A stretch of 64,000 bases of DNA from Centroscyllium fabricii (Eukaryota): contig JBNRSN020000006.1 in assembly GCA_051313645.2 (NCBI GenBank), positions 175,894,001 to 175,958,000 on the forward strand, read 5' to 3'. Every line of letters starts with the position of its first letter. The first letter of the stretch is position 1. Below, one piece after another: positions 1-14,225 of the stretch. Below the pieces are notes generated by a model. The model was not told where the DNA came from. It saw nothing but the letters and a program-made list of their open reading frames with translations, and searched no databases. A program made the translations under genes and the position numbers.

Positions 1-2826
1 TGCCTGTGACTGCTTTCTGCGCTCGCGCCTGCACCCACGCCCCTGATGCACCACACATTTCTTTGATGCACATGATCCGATCCAAACATCCATCCCTCCA
101 TCACATGCAATAATGAACACAGAAACAGTAAAGGTTGCAACTGCAACATGCTGTTGAGTAACGACATTAAGCAAACATGGCCACAAGCATGGTTGTTCAA
201 GTGATGACCAGCACTTATGAATCACTGCATTAATGCTGTCCCAGGCATCTCAGCTGCAGACATGCAGGTTGAAATGGTCAAAATGTCATTATCAGCAATG
301 CTGAACCTCAGCCAGTCCAGTTTTGAGCTTGCAACTTCATATCCATTGTCAATCATGTTCTCCCCCTCTCACGTGGTGCCCCTCTATTTTCAAGAGTGAC
401 ACATATTCTGACAAACCATTGACTCTGCTGTGGGGGTCACAGTGAAATCGGGGTCCCTGATCAGCCAATCGAAACGGACATCCCCCCGGAGGTTGTCAAC
501 GCCTTCATTTGAAAAACGGAGAACAACATCAACCACTGCAATGGACACCTAAATGTCTGTTACACTAACACCCAAGTGACTCCCGTTGTGCCTAAGGGTG
601 CTTAAGTTTTCTTCTGTGAGTGCTCCTACGTGTTGGTGGCCCTGTGGTGTCAACAGATGTGGAGGCCCCCTGCTGAGTGCCCTGCTGCTCCTGTCTGGAC
701 ACCTTTGGCGGTCATCCTCTGGGGCGGCGAGCCTGTGGGGGCTCGCTACCAGTCTGCTGCTCCTGCGGCAGGGCAGGATAGGAGACTTCCATCTCAGGTC
801 CATGGGGACTCCGGCGGGCCTCTGACCGAGGGTTCTGCAGTAGTGTGGACGTGGGAGTGCTTGGAGAGGAGCCCCCACTTCCTTCAGCTGCACCACCAAC
901 CTCCCTCTCATGGGTCAGCTCCCCCTCAGCGCCAGCAAGTGGCTGGACAGCACCTTGCTGCACTTCAGGGGGGCCATGGGGACCCGTTTCTGTAGTGGAA
1001 GTCCAACTGAGAGGGACTTCCACGAAGGTCTGGTTCCTCTGCTCAATAGATGCCACTCGCTGCTCAAGAGATGTGAATCTATTGTGGACAGTGCCTATGT
1101 CTTCGAAAGACTGGCGACTTATGTGCTCGATGGCCGTGGCCATCCTCTCGTCCACGGTCGCTATCCTTTCCATGGTGGTTGCCATCCTTTCCATGGTGAT
1201 GCGATCATGCGCCACTGACTCCGCAAATGAGCTTCTCATGCTTGCGACAGACTCCTCCATTTGCATGACACTCGCAGCTACCTGGGAGACAGAACCTGTC
1301 AGAGACGCCTGCATCTGTGTCTGGAGTCCCATCATGTGTCCTCTGCCTGATGGATCCAAAGGCGTTGGGTTGACATGCAACTTAGCTAAGCTGGCAGAGT
1401 CCTGCGCCCTCCGACTAGGACTCTGCAATGCTGTCCCTGTCTCCACAATCTGCTGAGGCTCACTTGTGTTGTGTGAATCACCTGGTGACAAGTCAGATGT
1501 AGCTCTAGGGGGGCCCACCGAGGTGCTAGTATCTGCGCTGGTGCCGGGTGGAGTCTGTGGTGCTGACGGTGCGCCCTCAGAGGTGGCAGGTTCCTCTGAG
1601 GACTGAACAGGGGCGGCCTCGTCCTCAGCTCTGCTTGGCCGTCCAGCTGCGGATGGGCCTGTGGGGCAGTAAAGGAAGCGGTTAGAGATATGTCAGCAAG
1701 GTTACATACAGATAGCATTCAGGAGCTGAGCAGAGCTGCCTCTGCAGTGCTTTTACATTCATTGTGCCAGTCTCATGTGTTAGTTCTTAGAGAAAAAATG
1801 AAACCATGCTGTCACCAGCTTGAGATTGCATGCCTGCCTCGCCGTCACCCATTCCCAGGGCTTGCCCTTGCCCAACGAGGTCTAGAACAGCCTCCTCCCA
1901 GGTGGTGAGCTGCTGGATGGTGGGGAAGTCCTCCTCCGGTCCCGGCGCTGTGCCGCTTGTTGCCGGCTGTCTTTTCCTGCAATGAGGGAGAGAAGTGGAG
2001 GTTGAGTGAGAAGGAAGGAGTTGGTGCAGCGAGTGACCAGCAAAGTTTGTTGGAGGGTGACAAAGATGCAGTGAGCCTGCAAGACCAAAGGCTCTCCCCG
2101 TGTGGTGCCAGAGGTGCAGCAAGCATGAGAGTGAGAGGGAGTGTGAGGGCTGAATGGAGGGAAAGGACTGTGAGTGTGAGCATAGATAGAGCGGGAATAG
2201 GTAAGGTTGTGTGGATGTGATGGGCAAGTGGGATGTGGAGGAAGAGAGTGGTGAAGATAAGTTGTGGTGAGGAGACATGAGGGGGATGAGATTGAGGGTG
2301 AGGGGAAATGAATACTTACTTTCGCAGTGCGATGAACGTCATGCAATCTCTTGCAACACTGGAGCCAGGACCGGGGTTTTGTGCCCAAGGAGCTGACCCC
2401 TCAGCCACCTGCTGCCATGCAGCCTTGGTCTGTGAGGGAGGTCTCTTCCTCTCTGAGGAGGGGAAGAGAACCTCCCTATGGGTCGTTGCCCCCTCGAGTA
2501 ATGCGTCGAAGGAGGCATCATCAAATCTGGGGGCGGGTCGTCCCCTCGCGCTGCCCGATGCAGCACCCTCACGCTCTGCCATCCTACTGAAGGTTGTAGA
2601 ATGCTGAGCAGTGCGGGAGGTGAGCTTTGTTCATTAAAAGAAAGCCGAATTCTGACGTCCTACTGTGCGACTTTCTGACTGGAAATCGGTGATTGAGAAG
2701 GCTTCCCACAGGCGGGGAATTAATTGGGTTCTTCGACTAAAACCTCGTGGGAAACGCAGGCACTTTATCGGGTGGGACAAAAACCCGCCCCGACCGTTCC
2801 CCGCCATTCTGGGAAAATTTCGGCCC
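1..2826 (+). mobile_element. PIF/Harbinger DNA transposon, copy A (right part; left end and transposase lie before the window)
   Basis: Closely matches 53270-57020. Ends in GGGAAAATTTCGGCCC followed by TGA, like copy B. Lacks about 680 bp present in copy B at 53801-54481. Confidence 0.9.
592..2582 (-). pseudogene. Harbinger Myb/SANT DNA-binding partner gene, 3 exons (about 2582-2320, 1976-1816, 1658-592), disrupted
   Basis: MAEREGAASGSARGRPAPRFDDASFDALL...AAWQQVAEG...RSWLQCCKRLHD trihelix pattern. GT/AG splice sites are the same as in copy B. Frameshifts in exons 1 and 2 and a CGA>TGA stop at 712 relative to copy B. Confidence 0.8.
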
Positions 2827-3097
2827 TGATTTCCATGATGTATCAGGGCTTTTGTATATGCCTGCTAAACATGAACAAGTCACATTTATGCAATGTTTTG
2901 CTAATTTGGCATTGTTTTTATTGACGCATGTCAACTTATTTTCTAGCCTCATGCTGGTGACTGCACAGCACAGTGCTAACCCACAGAGAGATGGTGACTG
3001 CACAGTACTAACCCACACAGAGATCAATAAAGGTCCACTTAGCCATTTTTTGCAGTTAATAAAAGTAGATATTCCACCTAAATTTTGCTTTGTCTGC

Positions 3098-3381
3098 GTC
3101 AGCCGTGGCTCAGTAGGTAGCACTCTCGCCTCTTGAGTTATGAGGTTGTCTGTTCAAGTCCCACTCCAGAAACCGGAGCTCAAACAATCTAGGCTGACAC
3201 TCCAGGGCAGTAATGAGGGAGTGCTTCACTGTCGGAGGTGCTGTCTTTCAGATGAAACCTTAAACTGAGGCCACGTCTGCACTCTCAGATGGATGTAAAT
3301 GATCCTGTGGCACTACTGTATTTTGAAGAGGAGTTATTCCCAGTCCTGGCCAATATTTATCCCTCAATCAACATCAGTAAA
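3098..3381 (+). mobile_element. tRNA-derived Deu-domain SINE (SacSINE1-like), 5' part
   Basis: tRNA-like head (GTGGCTCAGTAGG A-box, GTTCAAGTCC B-box) followed by the core GAGGGAGTGC..CACTGTCGGAGGTGCTGTCTTT. Homologous to 14226-14370 and to the reverse complement of 28700-28857. Confidence 0.75.
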
Positions 3382-6300
3382 TCATAGAATCATAGAAATA
3401 TATGGCACAGAATGAGGTCATTTGGCCCATCGTGTCTGTGCCGGCCGAAAAAGAGCTATCCGGCCTTATCCTTTCCCGCTCTTTGTCCGTAGCCCAGTAG
3501 GTCTCAGCACTTCAAGTGCACATCCAAGGACCTTTTAAATACAATGAGGGTTTCTGCCTCTACCACCCTTTCAGGCAGTGAGTTCCAGACCCCCACCACC
3601 CTCTGGGTGAAAATTGTTATCCTCCACTCCCCTCTAATACTTCTACCAATTACTTTCAATCTGTGCCCGAGGTTATTGACCTCTCTTCTAAGGGAAATAG
3701 GTCCTTCCTATCCACTCTATCTCGCCCCCTCACAATTTTATACACCTCAATAAGGTCTCCCCTCAGCCTCCTCTGTTCCAAAGAAATCAACCACAGCCTA
3801 TCCAATCTTTCCTCATAGCTAAAATTCCCCAGTTCTGGCAACATCCTCGTAAATCTCCTCTGTACCCTCTCTATAGTGCAATCATACCTTTTGTAATGTG
3901 GTGACCAGAAGTGTACGCAGTACCCTAACTGTGACCTAACTAGTGTTTTATACAGTTCAAACATAACCCACTGCTCTTATATTCTATGCTTCAGCTAATA
4001 AAGGTAAGTATCCCACTTGGCCCTGCTACCTTCAGGGATCTGTGGACTTGCACTCCAAGGTCCCTCTGTTCCTCTACACGTCGCAGTATCCTACCATTTA
4101 TTGTGTATTCCCTTTCCTTGTTGGTCCTCTCCAAATGCATTACCTCACACTTCTCCAGATTGAATTCCATTTGCTACTTTTCTGCCCGATTGACCATTCC
4201 ATTGATATCTTCCTACAGTCTACAGCTTTCTTCTTCACTGTCAACCACATGGCCAATTTTTGTATCATCTGCAAACTTCTTAATCATACCCCTACATTGA
4301 AGTCTAAATCATTGATATATACCACAAAAGCAAGGGACCTAGTACTGAGTCCTGCGGAACCCCACTGGAAACAGCCTTCCAGTCACAAAAACACTCTTCG
4401 ATCATTACTCTTTGCTTCCTGTCACTGAGACAATTTTTGATCCAACTTGCAACTTTCCCTTGAATCGCATGGGCTTTTACTTTTCTGACCAATTTTCCAT
4501 ATGGGACCTTGTCAAATGCCTTGCTAAAATCCATGTAGACTACATCAAATGCGATAGCCTCATCGACCCTCCTCAATTTTTTTTATCAAGTTAGCCAAAC
4601 ACGACCTTCCTTTAACAAATCCATGTCGAATGTCCTTGGTTAATCTGTGCCTTTCTAAATGACGATTAATACCATCCCTCAGAATTTTTTCCAATAATTG
4701 GCCCACCGCTGAGGTTAGGCTGACTGGCCTATAATTACTCAGTCAGTCTCTTTCTCCCTTTTTAGCAGTCCTCTGGCACCACATCTGTAGCCAGAGATGA
4801 TTGGAAAATGATGGTTGGAGCCTCCGCTATCCCTCCCTTGCTTCCTTTAACAGCCTGAGATACATTTCATCTGGGCCTGGCAATTTATCTACTTTCAAAG
4901 ATGCTGAACCCCTTTAATATTTCCTCTTTCACTATGTTTATCTCAACTAATATTTCACACTGCTCCTACTTAACTACAATGTCTGTATTGTCCCTCTCTT
5001 TTGTGAAGACAGACGCAAAGTATCCGTTAAGAATCATACCCACATCTTCTGCCTCAATACACAGGTTACCTTTTTAGCCTCTAATAGGCCCTACTCTTTC
5101 TTTAGCTATCCTCTTGGTCTTTGTGTTTATGAAACATTTTTGGGTTTTCCTTGATTTTAATTGCCAATATTTTTTCATGCCCTCTCTTTGCTTTCCTAAT
5201 TTCCTTTTTAACTTCACCCCTGCACTCTCCTCTAAGCTTTCAGCAGTATTTAGCTCTCAGTATCTGACATAAGCTTTCCTTTTTTGCCTTATCCTACCCT
5301 GTATACCCCTTGACATCCAGGGGGCTCTAGATTTTGGAGTCCCACCCTTTTTCTTTGTGGGAGCATATTTGCTCTGAGCCCTCACTATCTTCTCCTTGAT
5401 TGCCTCCCACTGCTGCGACACTGGTTTACCTTCAAGTCGCTGTTTCCAGCCCACTTTTGCTAAATCACATCTCAGCTGAGTAAAATTGGCCTTTTCCAAT
5501 TGAGAACTTTTATTCATGGTCTATCTTTGTCCATTTTCCATAATTACGCTAAATCTAACTAAATTATGGGGCTGAATTTTAATGGGAAAGGCGGGTTGGG
5601 GGCAGGGGGTCTCCAAGGCGGTCGGGAACCCAGGAGAATGGGTTTCCCTCAGGCTCTACCGAATTTAACGGCAGGGCCTGATTTGCATGTGAAGCCACTG
5701 TTTCCCACCTGCAGCAAGCCAGATTTAGATGCTGGTTGGCTTGGGGTGGGTGTGCCTGCGACCCATGCCACACAGAGCAGGGAGGGAGGGTTCACGTGGG
5801 GGCTGGGCCAAGATGAAGATTGGAGGGTCGGACCAGGTTGTGGGGTCGGCAAGAAGATCGGGGGCCGGGACGGGCCAAGAAGAGGATTGGGGATGGGGGG
5901 TCGGGAGAAGATCGGGGAGTCCGAAGAGGATGGGGGGGCGGGGAGAGGCCTTGTGGAGTGATCGGATGCCTGTGGGGGGTCTCCGATCGTGGGGGTTGGT
6001 TTAAGCAGGGACCCTGGATCCAGGAGGAAGGTATAAAGGCACTTACCTCCTTGATGCAACAATCCTTGTCTTGCTGTAACTGCCGGGTTTTATGAGGTGC
6101 GTAAAACCAACCAGCTACAGTTAAACACAAAATGTAGGTTAAAGAGACATCCAGCCTCATTGTAATATTTAAATTGAAGTCCCGCCTCCTGGCAGCGGGT
6201 TGGCTGCCTGTCCCCATCCCGCCTCCTTTAAAACCAGAAGTAGGCAGGTTCAGGTCGGGATTCTGATTTTTCACACTACCCCCGGCTCCCACCCACCCTT

Positions 6301-7290
6301 TTTTTTACGTTAATGTCCCCCCCCATGCTCACTATCACCAAGATGCTCTCCCACTGATACCCCTTCCACCTGCCCAACTTAATTCCCTAAAACCAAGTCC
6401 AGAACCACCCGCTTTGTTGGGCTTGCTACGTACTGGCTTTTAAGTATTCTGCACCCTTTGTACCTTTTATACTAATTCTATTCCTGTTAATGTTAGGGTA
6501 GTTGAAATCCCCTACTATTTCTGCCCTATTGTTTTTGCACTTCTCAGAAATTTGTCTACATATTCGCTCTTCGATCTCCCTCTGACTATTTGTGGGTCTA
6601 TAGTAATTGTCCCTTGTGTGTTCTTCACTTCAACCCACATGGCCTCATTTGATGATCCTTCTAAAATATCATCTCTCTTCACAGCTGTAATTATTTCTTT
6701 AACCAATATTGCAACACACCCTCCTTTTTTATCCCCCCCTCTATCTCGTCTGAAAACCCTGTAACCAGGGATGTTGAGCTGCCATTCCTGCCCTTCTTTC
6801 AGCCATGTTTCGGTAATAGCTATAATATCATACTTCCATGTGTCTGTCTGTGTCCTCAGCTCATTTGCCTTCTTCACGAGACTCCTTGCATTGAAGTATA
6901 TACCATTAAGCACTGCCAACCCCCTTTGTTGTCTATTTTTGAGCTTTTGTCTCCTCTGCCTTTCAAACTCACTTACTAATTTTCTACCTTCCATTTCCAG
7001 CTTTGCTTCTCTCCCTTCTGAATCTACTCAGGTTCCTATCCTCCTGCCAAGCTAATTTAAACCCTCCACAACATCTCTAGCAATCGCACCCGCCCCCCCT
7101 GCCCCCCCCCCCCCCCCTCGTCAACTGCTAGAATATTGGTCCCGGCCCTGTTGCGGTGCAACCCATATGGTTGTATAGATTCCACCTCTCCCAGAACTGG
7201 TCCCAATGCCTCAGAAATCTAAACCCTCCCTCCTGCACCATCTCTCCAGCCATTCATTCATCTGCTCTATCCTCCAATTTCTGTATCTAC
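3382..7290 (-). mobile_element. CR1 LINE, degenerate (APE endonuclease + RT), inserted into the SINE
   Basis: CATAGAA tail at about 3382. ORF fragments YFNARSL..IAITETWL (6515-6994), YMDFSKAFDKVP..SGVPQDSVLGP (4304-4576) and LYKTLVRSQLGYC (3656-3964). Confidence 0.93.
5568..6323. mobile_element. Non-autonomous Harbinger-type element inserted in CR1
   Basis: Starts GGGGCTGAATTTT, GC-rich, interrupts the CR1 sequence AAATTAT|..|CATGCTCACTATCACC. Flanking 3-mers TAT/CAT. Confidence 0.6.
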
Positions 7291-7344
7291 TCAGATTGTG
7301 ATTCACCCAGTTCCATCTCCAAGCTCTGTACTCAAGCTCTCAAA

Positions 7345-7520
7345 CAGTTTATTTGATTATTATCACGTTGCAGTTTGTGGGAGCTTGCTGTGTGCAAATT
7401 AGTTGCTGTGTTTCCGAGATTGCAGCAGTGACTACACTTCAAAAGTACTCCATTGGATGTAAAGCACTTTGGGACTTCCTGAGGTCGTGAAAGGTATATA
7501 AATGCAAGTCTTTCTTTGCA
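7345..7520 (+). mobile_element. Deu-type SINE, 3' part (continuation of 3098-3381)
   Basis: GTTTGTGGGAGCTTGCTGTGTGCAAATT...AAATGCAAGTCTTTCTTT, matching 20400-20540. Confidence 0.75.
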
Positions 7521-7546
7521 TTCTAAAAGTCATTGAATAGAAACAT

Positions 7547-8132
7547 AGGGTGCGAAATTCGCATTCTAGCGCCGGCCTTAATGGGCCAGCGCCGAATTAG
7601 TGCCAAAAATAGCGACCCACGCTAAATTGGGCAGCACCTGCTGTTGTATCGCGGCACTCTGCCCGCACCAGCTTTTTTCTGTGCAAACAGCAGTGCCCGA
7701 GCGCTGCTTAAAGGCAAGTGCGGCGGTCGGCCATTTTTATTGCTGGCCGACCGCCAGCACCTTCCCTTCGGCTTCCCCCGGCCTCCCCCGCTGCCCCCCG
7801 GCGGGGTGAGGCTTCCCTCAGCTGAGCCCGGCACTTCCCCCGAGTGCCGGGCTCGTTAGGCGTCTCCCGGTCCCTCGGCGGCCCCGCTGAACTCTCGCTG
7901 CAGCCGTGCTAAGCCCCTCCCCTTTAATGGGGGAGGCCGTCCTGCCGTTCCGTGGGCCACCGCTGCGGTCTCCCTCATGCAGCGCGGTGCCGGCGCCCAG
8001 GTATTCGGCCACCTCGCACTAAGAGCAAGGTGGCCCGCCCGATTTAGTGCCCGCCAAAACAGAATGGGCGATGCAGCGAAAGCGCATCGCCCAGGTCAGC
8101 GCCACTTTTTGTGCGCTGACCAATTTAGCCCC
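7547..8132. mobile_element. GC-rich Harbinger-type MITE
   Basis: Imperfect TIRs GGGTGCGAAATT / AATTTAGCCCC, CAT on both flanks. Internal similarity to 15322-16046 and 27916-28652. Confidence 0.65.
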
Positions 8133-10070
8133 CATAGAAACATAGAAGATAGGAGCAGGAGTAGGCCATTCGGCCCCTCGAGCCCGCTCCATCATTCAAT
8201 GAGATCATGGCTGATCATCCAAATTCAGTACCCTGTTCCTGCTTTCTCCCCATATCCCTTGATCCCTTTTGTTTTAAGAAATATATCCAACGCCTTCTTG
8301 AATATATTTAATGAATTGTCCTCAACTGCCCTGTGTGGTAGAGAATTCCACAGGTTCACCACTCCAGGTGAAGAAATTCTTCCTCATCTCAGTCCTAAAT
8401 GGCTTACCCTTTATCCTTAGACTGTGACCCGTGGTTCTGGACTCCCCCGCCATCGGGAACATCCTTCCTCATTCTAGCCTGTCCAGTCCTGTTAGAATTT
8501 TAAAAGTTTCAATGAGATCCCTTCTCATCTAAACTCTAGCGAATATAAGCCTAATCGACCCAATCTCTCCTCATACGTCATTCTTGCCATCCCAAGTATC
8601 AGTCTGGTGAATCTTCGCTGCACTCTCTCCATGGCAAGAACATCCTTCCTCATATAAGGTGACCAAAACTGCACACAACACTCAAGGTGTGGTCTCACCA
8701 AGGCCCTGTACAACTGCAGCAAGACATCCTTGCTCCTGTACTCAAACCCTCTCACTACAAAGGCCAACATCCCATTTGCCTTCTTAACCGCCTGCTGCAC
8801 CTGCATGCTTACCTTCAGCGACTGGTGCACAAGGACACCCAGGTCTCATTGCACTTCCCCTTTTCCCAATCTATTGCCATTCAGCTAATAATCTGTCTTC
8901 CTGTTTTTGCCACTGAAGTGCATAACCTCGCATTTATCCACATTGGGCAGATGCATGGCAAATGCAGTATAATCACCCAACCTGCCCAAATCATACTGGA
9001 GTTTCTCTGCATCCTCCTCACAGCACACACATCCACCCAGCTTTGTGTCGTCTGCAAACTTGGAGATATTACATCTAGTTCCCTTGTCTGGACCATTTAT
9101 AGAAATAGTGAGTAGCTGGGGTCCTAGGACCGATCCCTGCGGTACCCCACTAGTCACTGCCTGCCACTTGGAAAAAGACCCGTTTATTCCAACGCTTTGT
9201 TTCCTGTCTGCCAACCAGTTCTCTATCCAAGTCCATACCTTGTCACCAATCCCATGTGCTTTAACTTTACACGCTAATCTCTTATTCGGGGCCTTATCAA
9301 AAGCCTTCTGAAAGTCCAAATACACCACACCCACTGGTTCTCCCTTATCTATTCTACCAGTTACATCCTCAAAAAATTGCAGTGGATTAGTCAAGCATGA
9401 TTTACCTTTTGTAAATCCATGTTGATTTTGTCCAATCCGGTCACTATTTTCCAAGCGCTCTGCTGTTGCATCTTTTATAATGGACTCTAGCATTTTCCCC
9501 ACTACCAATATCAGTGATTCCAAAAATTTAACTATAATTCCCTGTTTTTTCTCTACCCCCCATTTTAAATAGTGGGGCTACATTAGCTATCCTCCAATCC
9601 ATGGGAACTCTCATCGAAACATATAAAATTCTGACAGGCCTGGACAGGTTAGATTCAGAAAAAATGTTTCCAATGGCGGGGGAGTCCAGAACCAGGGGCC
9701 ACAGTCTAAGGATAAGGGGTAAACCATTTAGGACAGATATGAGGAAGAATTTCTTCACCCAGAGAGTGGTGAGCCTGTGGAATTCCTTGCCACAGAGGGC
9801 AGTGGAGGTCAGTTCATTAAATATATTTAAGAGGGAATTGGATATATTTCTTCAGGCTAAAGGGATTAAGGGTTACGGAGAGAAGGCGGGGACGGGGTAC
9901 TGAACTTGAAAGATCAGCCATGATCTCAGCCAAAGATCAGCCATGATCTCATTGAATGGCAGAGCAGGCTCGAAGGGCCGAATGGCCTACTCCTGCTCCT
10001 ATTTTCTATGTTAACTGTTCCAGAGTCTGTTGAATTTTGGAAGATGACCAGCAATGCACTTACTATGATA
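8133..10070 (-). mobile_element. CR1 LINE, 5'-truncated (RT region), interrupted at about 9609-10011
   Basis: CATAGAAACATAGAA tail. ORFs 8885-9523 (QHGFTKGKSCLTN..YLDFQKAFDK..FADDTK) and 8525-8830. Sequence resumes at about 10012 (AACTGTTCCAGAGTC). Confidence 0.92.
9609..10011 (+). mobile_element. CR1 3'-end fragment inserted in opposite orientation into the minus-strand CR1
   Basis: LIETYKIL..RTRGHSLRIRG..FFTQRVVSLWNSLP plus 3' UTR ending CCTATTTTCTATGTT. Confidence 0.85.
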
Positions 10071-12659
10071 GGACATGCACAAGCCATAGGAAAGATTAAC
10101 CCACTGATTCCAGAATGCAAGAGGGACTACCTAAGAAGAAGAGCAAAAGAGTTAAATCTGACAAGCCCATTGTGGGTCAATTACTGCCTGCAGGTCTTCT
10201 GTGTTTCCCATTGAATTCCAAGCAAATGGCAATTGTACTGATGTCACTAATTAGCTACTGGAAAAGAACTAGGTGGTAAAATTGGCAGTATTTTTAGATA
10301 CATGGAAAAATAAAGCAAACACACACACACAAGCAGCCAGTAGTAATTATTACTAAGGGTACTGTTAAATGTGAACTGTGCAAGTCCTTAAGCTGTATAA
10401 ATTACTGCAGCTATAATGAGATATTTTAATTTTCTGGTAGAGTTTGATCATGTCAAAATTTTACAATAATTGACTACAATTGAATCAGTTTCAACTGGAA
10501 TGTAGCTTTGCATAAGTTATATTTTAATTTCTTCTGCTTCATCAAGTAAGTATTTTATAATTGTTAGAATTTTCACATTAAAAAAAATTGTGTAAATATC
10601 TGTAGGAACAATCTATACTGTCTTTGTGCATGTATTCAATCCCCATAGAAATATTTCAGGCTACCAGATAGAAACCGAAATTTGCAACAAAGGTGAATTA
10701 AGTTGCAGTTTTTGTGCCAATTTTCAATGGTGCAGTTGATGCTCTCCAAGAAAATTGTGTTTATTGATTAGCCCACATTCTATTTAATTTCTCACTGCCG
10801 CAGTGTATTAGTTGTGACGTGATCCATAATAATTGAAGCTTAAGCTACTTTGCTTTTAATAACTACAAAAAATAACATTAGAGAGTTATAACAGAAGGAA
10901 ACCAAATGTTTTTCCATTCACCTAGATACTGATGTTGTGGTTTTTCTCTTTTACAGTAAGACTAAGCTTCCCTTCCTGTGTTATGTTATCAGTATATCTA
11001 CATTTTCAAAATGCAGTTAAAATGGCAATGACTGCGCCTGCTCTAACAACCGATAAAATGATAGATCTTGTGAGCAAATAAACAAATAAAACATTTCTAC
11101 AGCACCTCGTACACTAGGTGGATTAATGAAAGAATTGCAGTATAATTTTCCTCATTTGAAGCAATGCAGTTTGCCAAATTGCATATCTTTTTACAGAATC
11201 AGTTGGTAGAAAAAGTCCATATAAGGAGTATAACACAAAAGACGAATTCCATTCTGAGGCTGCAGACATATTCCTATTGTATGTTTGGGGGAGGGGAACT
11301 CGTCCATCATTTACAATCCTGACCTACTTTCAGCTGCTTATTATTCAGCTATATGTTCAAAAAAATCTCTAATTCAATTTGGCATCCTGTCCAGCATGGT
11401 TGGACTGAGAAGTAGGTACATTCTAAGATTAACAATGGCCATTGTTTAATCATCATCATATTTAATAAAAATCATAATGTGCTCTTGTAAGCAAAGAAAA
11501 AACACAGCTAGTAATCAGGAAACCTAGACCAAGTGTAAAGAAACATATACTGTTGCAAATGCTCTCTACTAGTAGCCAGTGTTGACATTTAGATTTAAAT
11601 TGGGTTTTCCTCTAATTGAACCCTGAGGGAAGTGATCCTTTTAGATGTGTGGGTTAATAGAATTAGCCTTAAATTGTTAAAACAGTAAACAATTTTTTTT
11701 TTAACAAGGAATGTAACCAGCTGCACTGGAAAATACAATTAAAACAAATCCAGACGCAGTCGTTGTACAGAAGAAATTTCATATTGCACGACAATAAGAG
11801 TCAATTTGTTGCTTAACATGAGTTTTATTATGAAGGAAATGGTTGAAAGAAGTCAACATTTTTAATTGAACAAAAACAGCATGAAGAAACCCACATCTTT
11901 ATTTGTTTACATTTTTGACACAGCAGTCAAATCAGCAAACATGCATCCTAATTTAAAGTAGGAGCAATTTTAATATAGATCAGGATACAAAGTAGCATTT
12001 TTCATGGTTCCAGACCTGCAGGTTGTCTTATTTTAGGAATGTTCACATCAACTACAGCGTCAACACTTCAAAACTCAATGGGGCATAAATTCAACATCAT
12101 TGCACCCATTTTACAGGCATAAAATGGGTGCAAGAATTACAAATTTAGCAGAGTAACAGCTTGCGCCTGATTTGCAGGAGTGTTCAGGCCACCGCTAAAT
12201 TCATCAGGGCCTTGTTTTAGGCAGCCCTGGCACCCGCCTGAAATGAGCACAGGCCTCATTTCAATATTAAAATGCGAGTCCTGTGCTTATTTCAGGACCC
12301 GTTTGCTAAATTCATTTAAACTAGTCGTAGCTCCAATAAAATTTATATAAAATGTATATTTTATATAAATAGTTAACATTGGTTCCAATTATGTTACTTG
12401 GAGCTGTTCAGTTAATCGTTCAAAGTGATTTCCTGTCTTTATAAATATTAAACATATATCTGGACAGGAACAAATTGGACTGCAACTTCCTTAATTCCCA
12501 AAAAATCTTTAGTGCATATAAAAATATTCTAACCCAGTAACACCATAGATTTCATATAGCAAGAGAGGATGTGCTTACGCAATAAAGACTTAATTTTGTA
12601 GTGGAATTGTTGCTGATTTTAAGTTACTTTTATTTGTTCTTGTTTTAATTTCTCTCCTG

Positions 12660-13000
12660 TATGCTAATCCAGAGAGGTTCACAGAAAGTAGCTTATTTTA
12701 TTGGAGAAGATAAAACTGAAGTAAGACATAGTCCAGATTATTAAAATACTTCGAGAAATAGATAATGTAGATGCAAGCAGGTCATTTAACTTGGACTTTG
12801 AGCACAGAAATAGAAGATAGGAATACAACATTAACAAGCCTCAAGCAAAGCTGCAGATTAGAAGGATTGTTATTTTGTCTCATAGAGAAGTGACTATGTG
12901 GAATAGACTCCCAGCTAAAGCAGTTAATCTTGTGCCAATTAACATATTTTTCAAAAAGCAGGATGAATATCTAGTTACGAACAGAACTGAGGGTGATAAG
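12660..13000 (+). mobile_element. Ancient CR1 3' fragment
   Basis: Degenerate CAGAGAGGTTCACAG..., IKILREIDNVDA and MWNRLP motifs of the CR1 ORF2 C-terminus. Confidence 0.55.
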
Positions 13001-13256
13001 TATCGATAAAGATCACTAAATACTGTGTGTTAATGATGGTTCCTCAGCTGCTGAGACTATGGAACTATCATGCCAAGGGAGGCAACTGGTCTACAGTGTA
13101 TAACATGTAATGTAAAGTCAGTTCTGTATTCTAGAGCTTTGCTGAATTTAATATTGGTGAGGGAGAATATCTTCAGAATCTTTACTCAGGAGATTGATTG
13201 GATTGTATAATGGTCTTAGCTTAACTCGAGTACACCTACATGCCTGGGAAACATAA

Positions 13257-14026
13257 TGGCCCAGAAATTGCAGTGGAGCCTTCGTGCGGGTGCAGAACCT
13301 GCTTAACGCACTTTAATTGCCCATATTCAGTTTTGCTTTTTTGCACTGAGAAATTCCCGTTAGCCCAGCCTGTCAGAGCTCCATGCGAGTTTCATGGGCA
13401 TCTGAAGGGCGTAATTAGTGCGAAGTGGCTTTTGAGACCACGTGATTGGCAGGGAGCCAATCAGTGGAAGCAATTCTCCGTTCAAAACTTCCACAGAGAA
13501 ATCTGTGCGAGTTTTGATGAGAGATTCTCAAAAGACATCTAAACACAACAATAACATTTTACAAACACCACATTTTTTAAACATTACCCCAACCAACACA
13601 AACAACCTATTTTAAAGAAACAATAAACATTTGCAGAAAAATGTTTTCACTTCCAACAGGTCTAAAAAAATACTTACCTGTCTTTAAAGTTATCAACAAT
13701 TAAAAACCTGAAAAAACAACAATTAAAATCAATAAAATACACACTTACCAGATGAAAACGGGTGTTAACGACTCCTTTTTTCCAGCGTTGAATTTTCTTC
13801 TCTTGGTCCGTAGAAAAAGTAAAAAAAAACATCGGAAAGTCTGGGCGCTCCCGTAGTTCGCTGCTTCCTGCGCTGGACCTCGCAGGAAGCAGCGCCCCCC
13901 CCCCCCCTGCTGGGCGGCACAGGAAATCCCAAAGCGTGCGCTCCGGCTGCTTCCTGCAGGTTTAAGCTCTGGTGCGCTCGCACCAGAGCTTAAACCCGAT
14001 ATGCGCTGACTGGAATTTCTGGGCCA
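13257..14026. mobile_element. Harbinger-type MITE
   Basis: TIRs TGGCCCAGAAATTGCAGT / ACTGGAATTTCTGGGCCA. Flanks TAA / TTA. Confidence 0.8.
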
Positions 14027-14225
14027 TTATGCTGTTGTAGCTGCTGGAGTTAAGTAACTGCTACAAGTAGGTCAGCAAAATGCTTTGTTAAATACCCATA
14101 ATTCTTTGTTCTATAGATTTAGGGCCTGAAAATCCACCGGATCCAGTTTGCGCCACCAGTAGCCTCCATCATTTACCCTGCCAGGGTTTACGAGGGTAAA
14201 TGCGAGGGTATCTAATTTGCATGGT

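Noticed and set aside
12341-12370. 13-bp perfect inverted repeat ATTTATATAAAAT
   Set aside because: Low-complexity AT sequence; readily arises by chance or slippage.
10200-13200. Possible host exons in AT-rich unique sequence (also 33500-35300 and 49500-51300)
   Set aside because: No convincing ORF with splice signals or recognisable protein. Short exons cannot be excluded without RNA or homology data.
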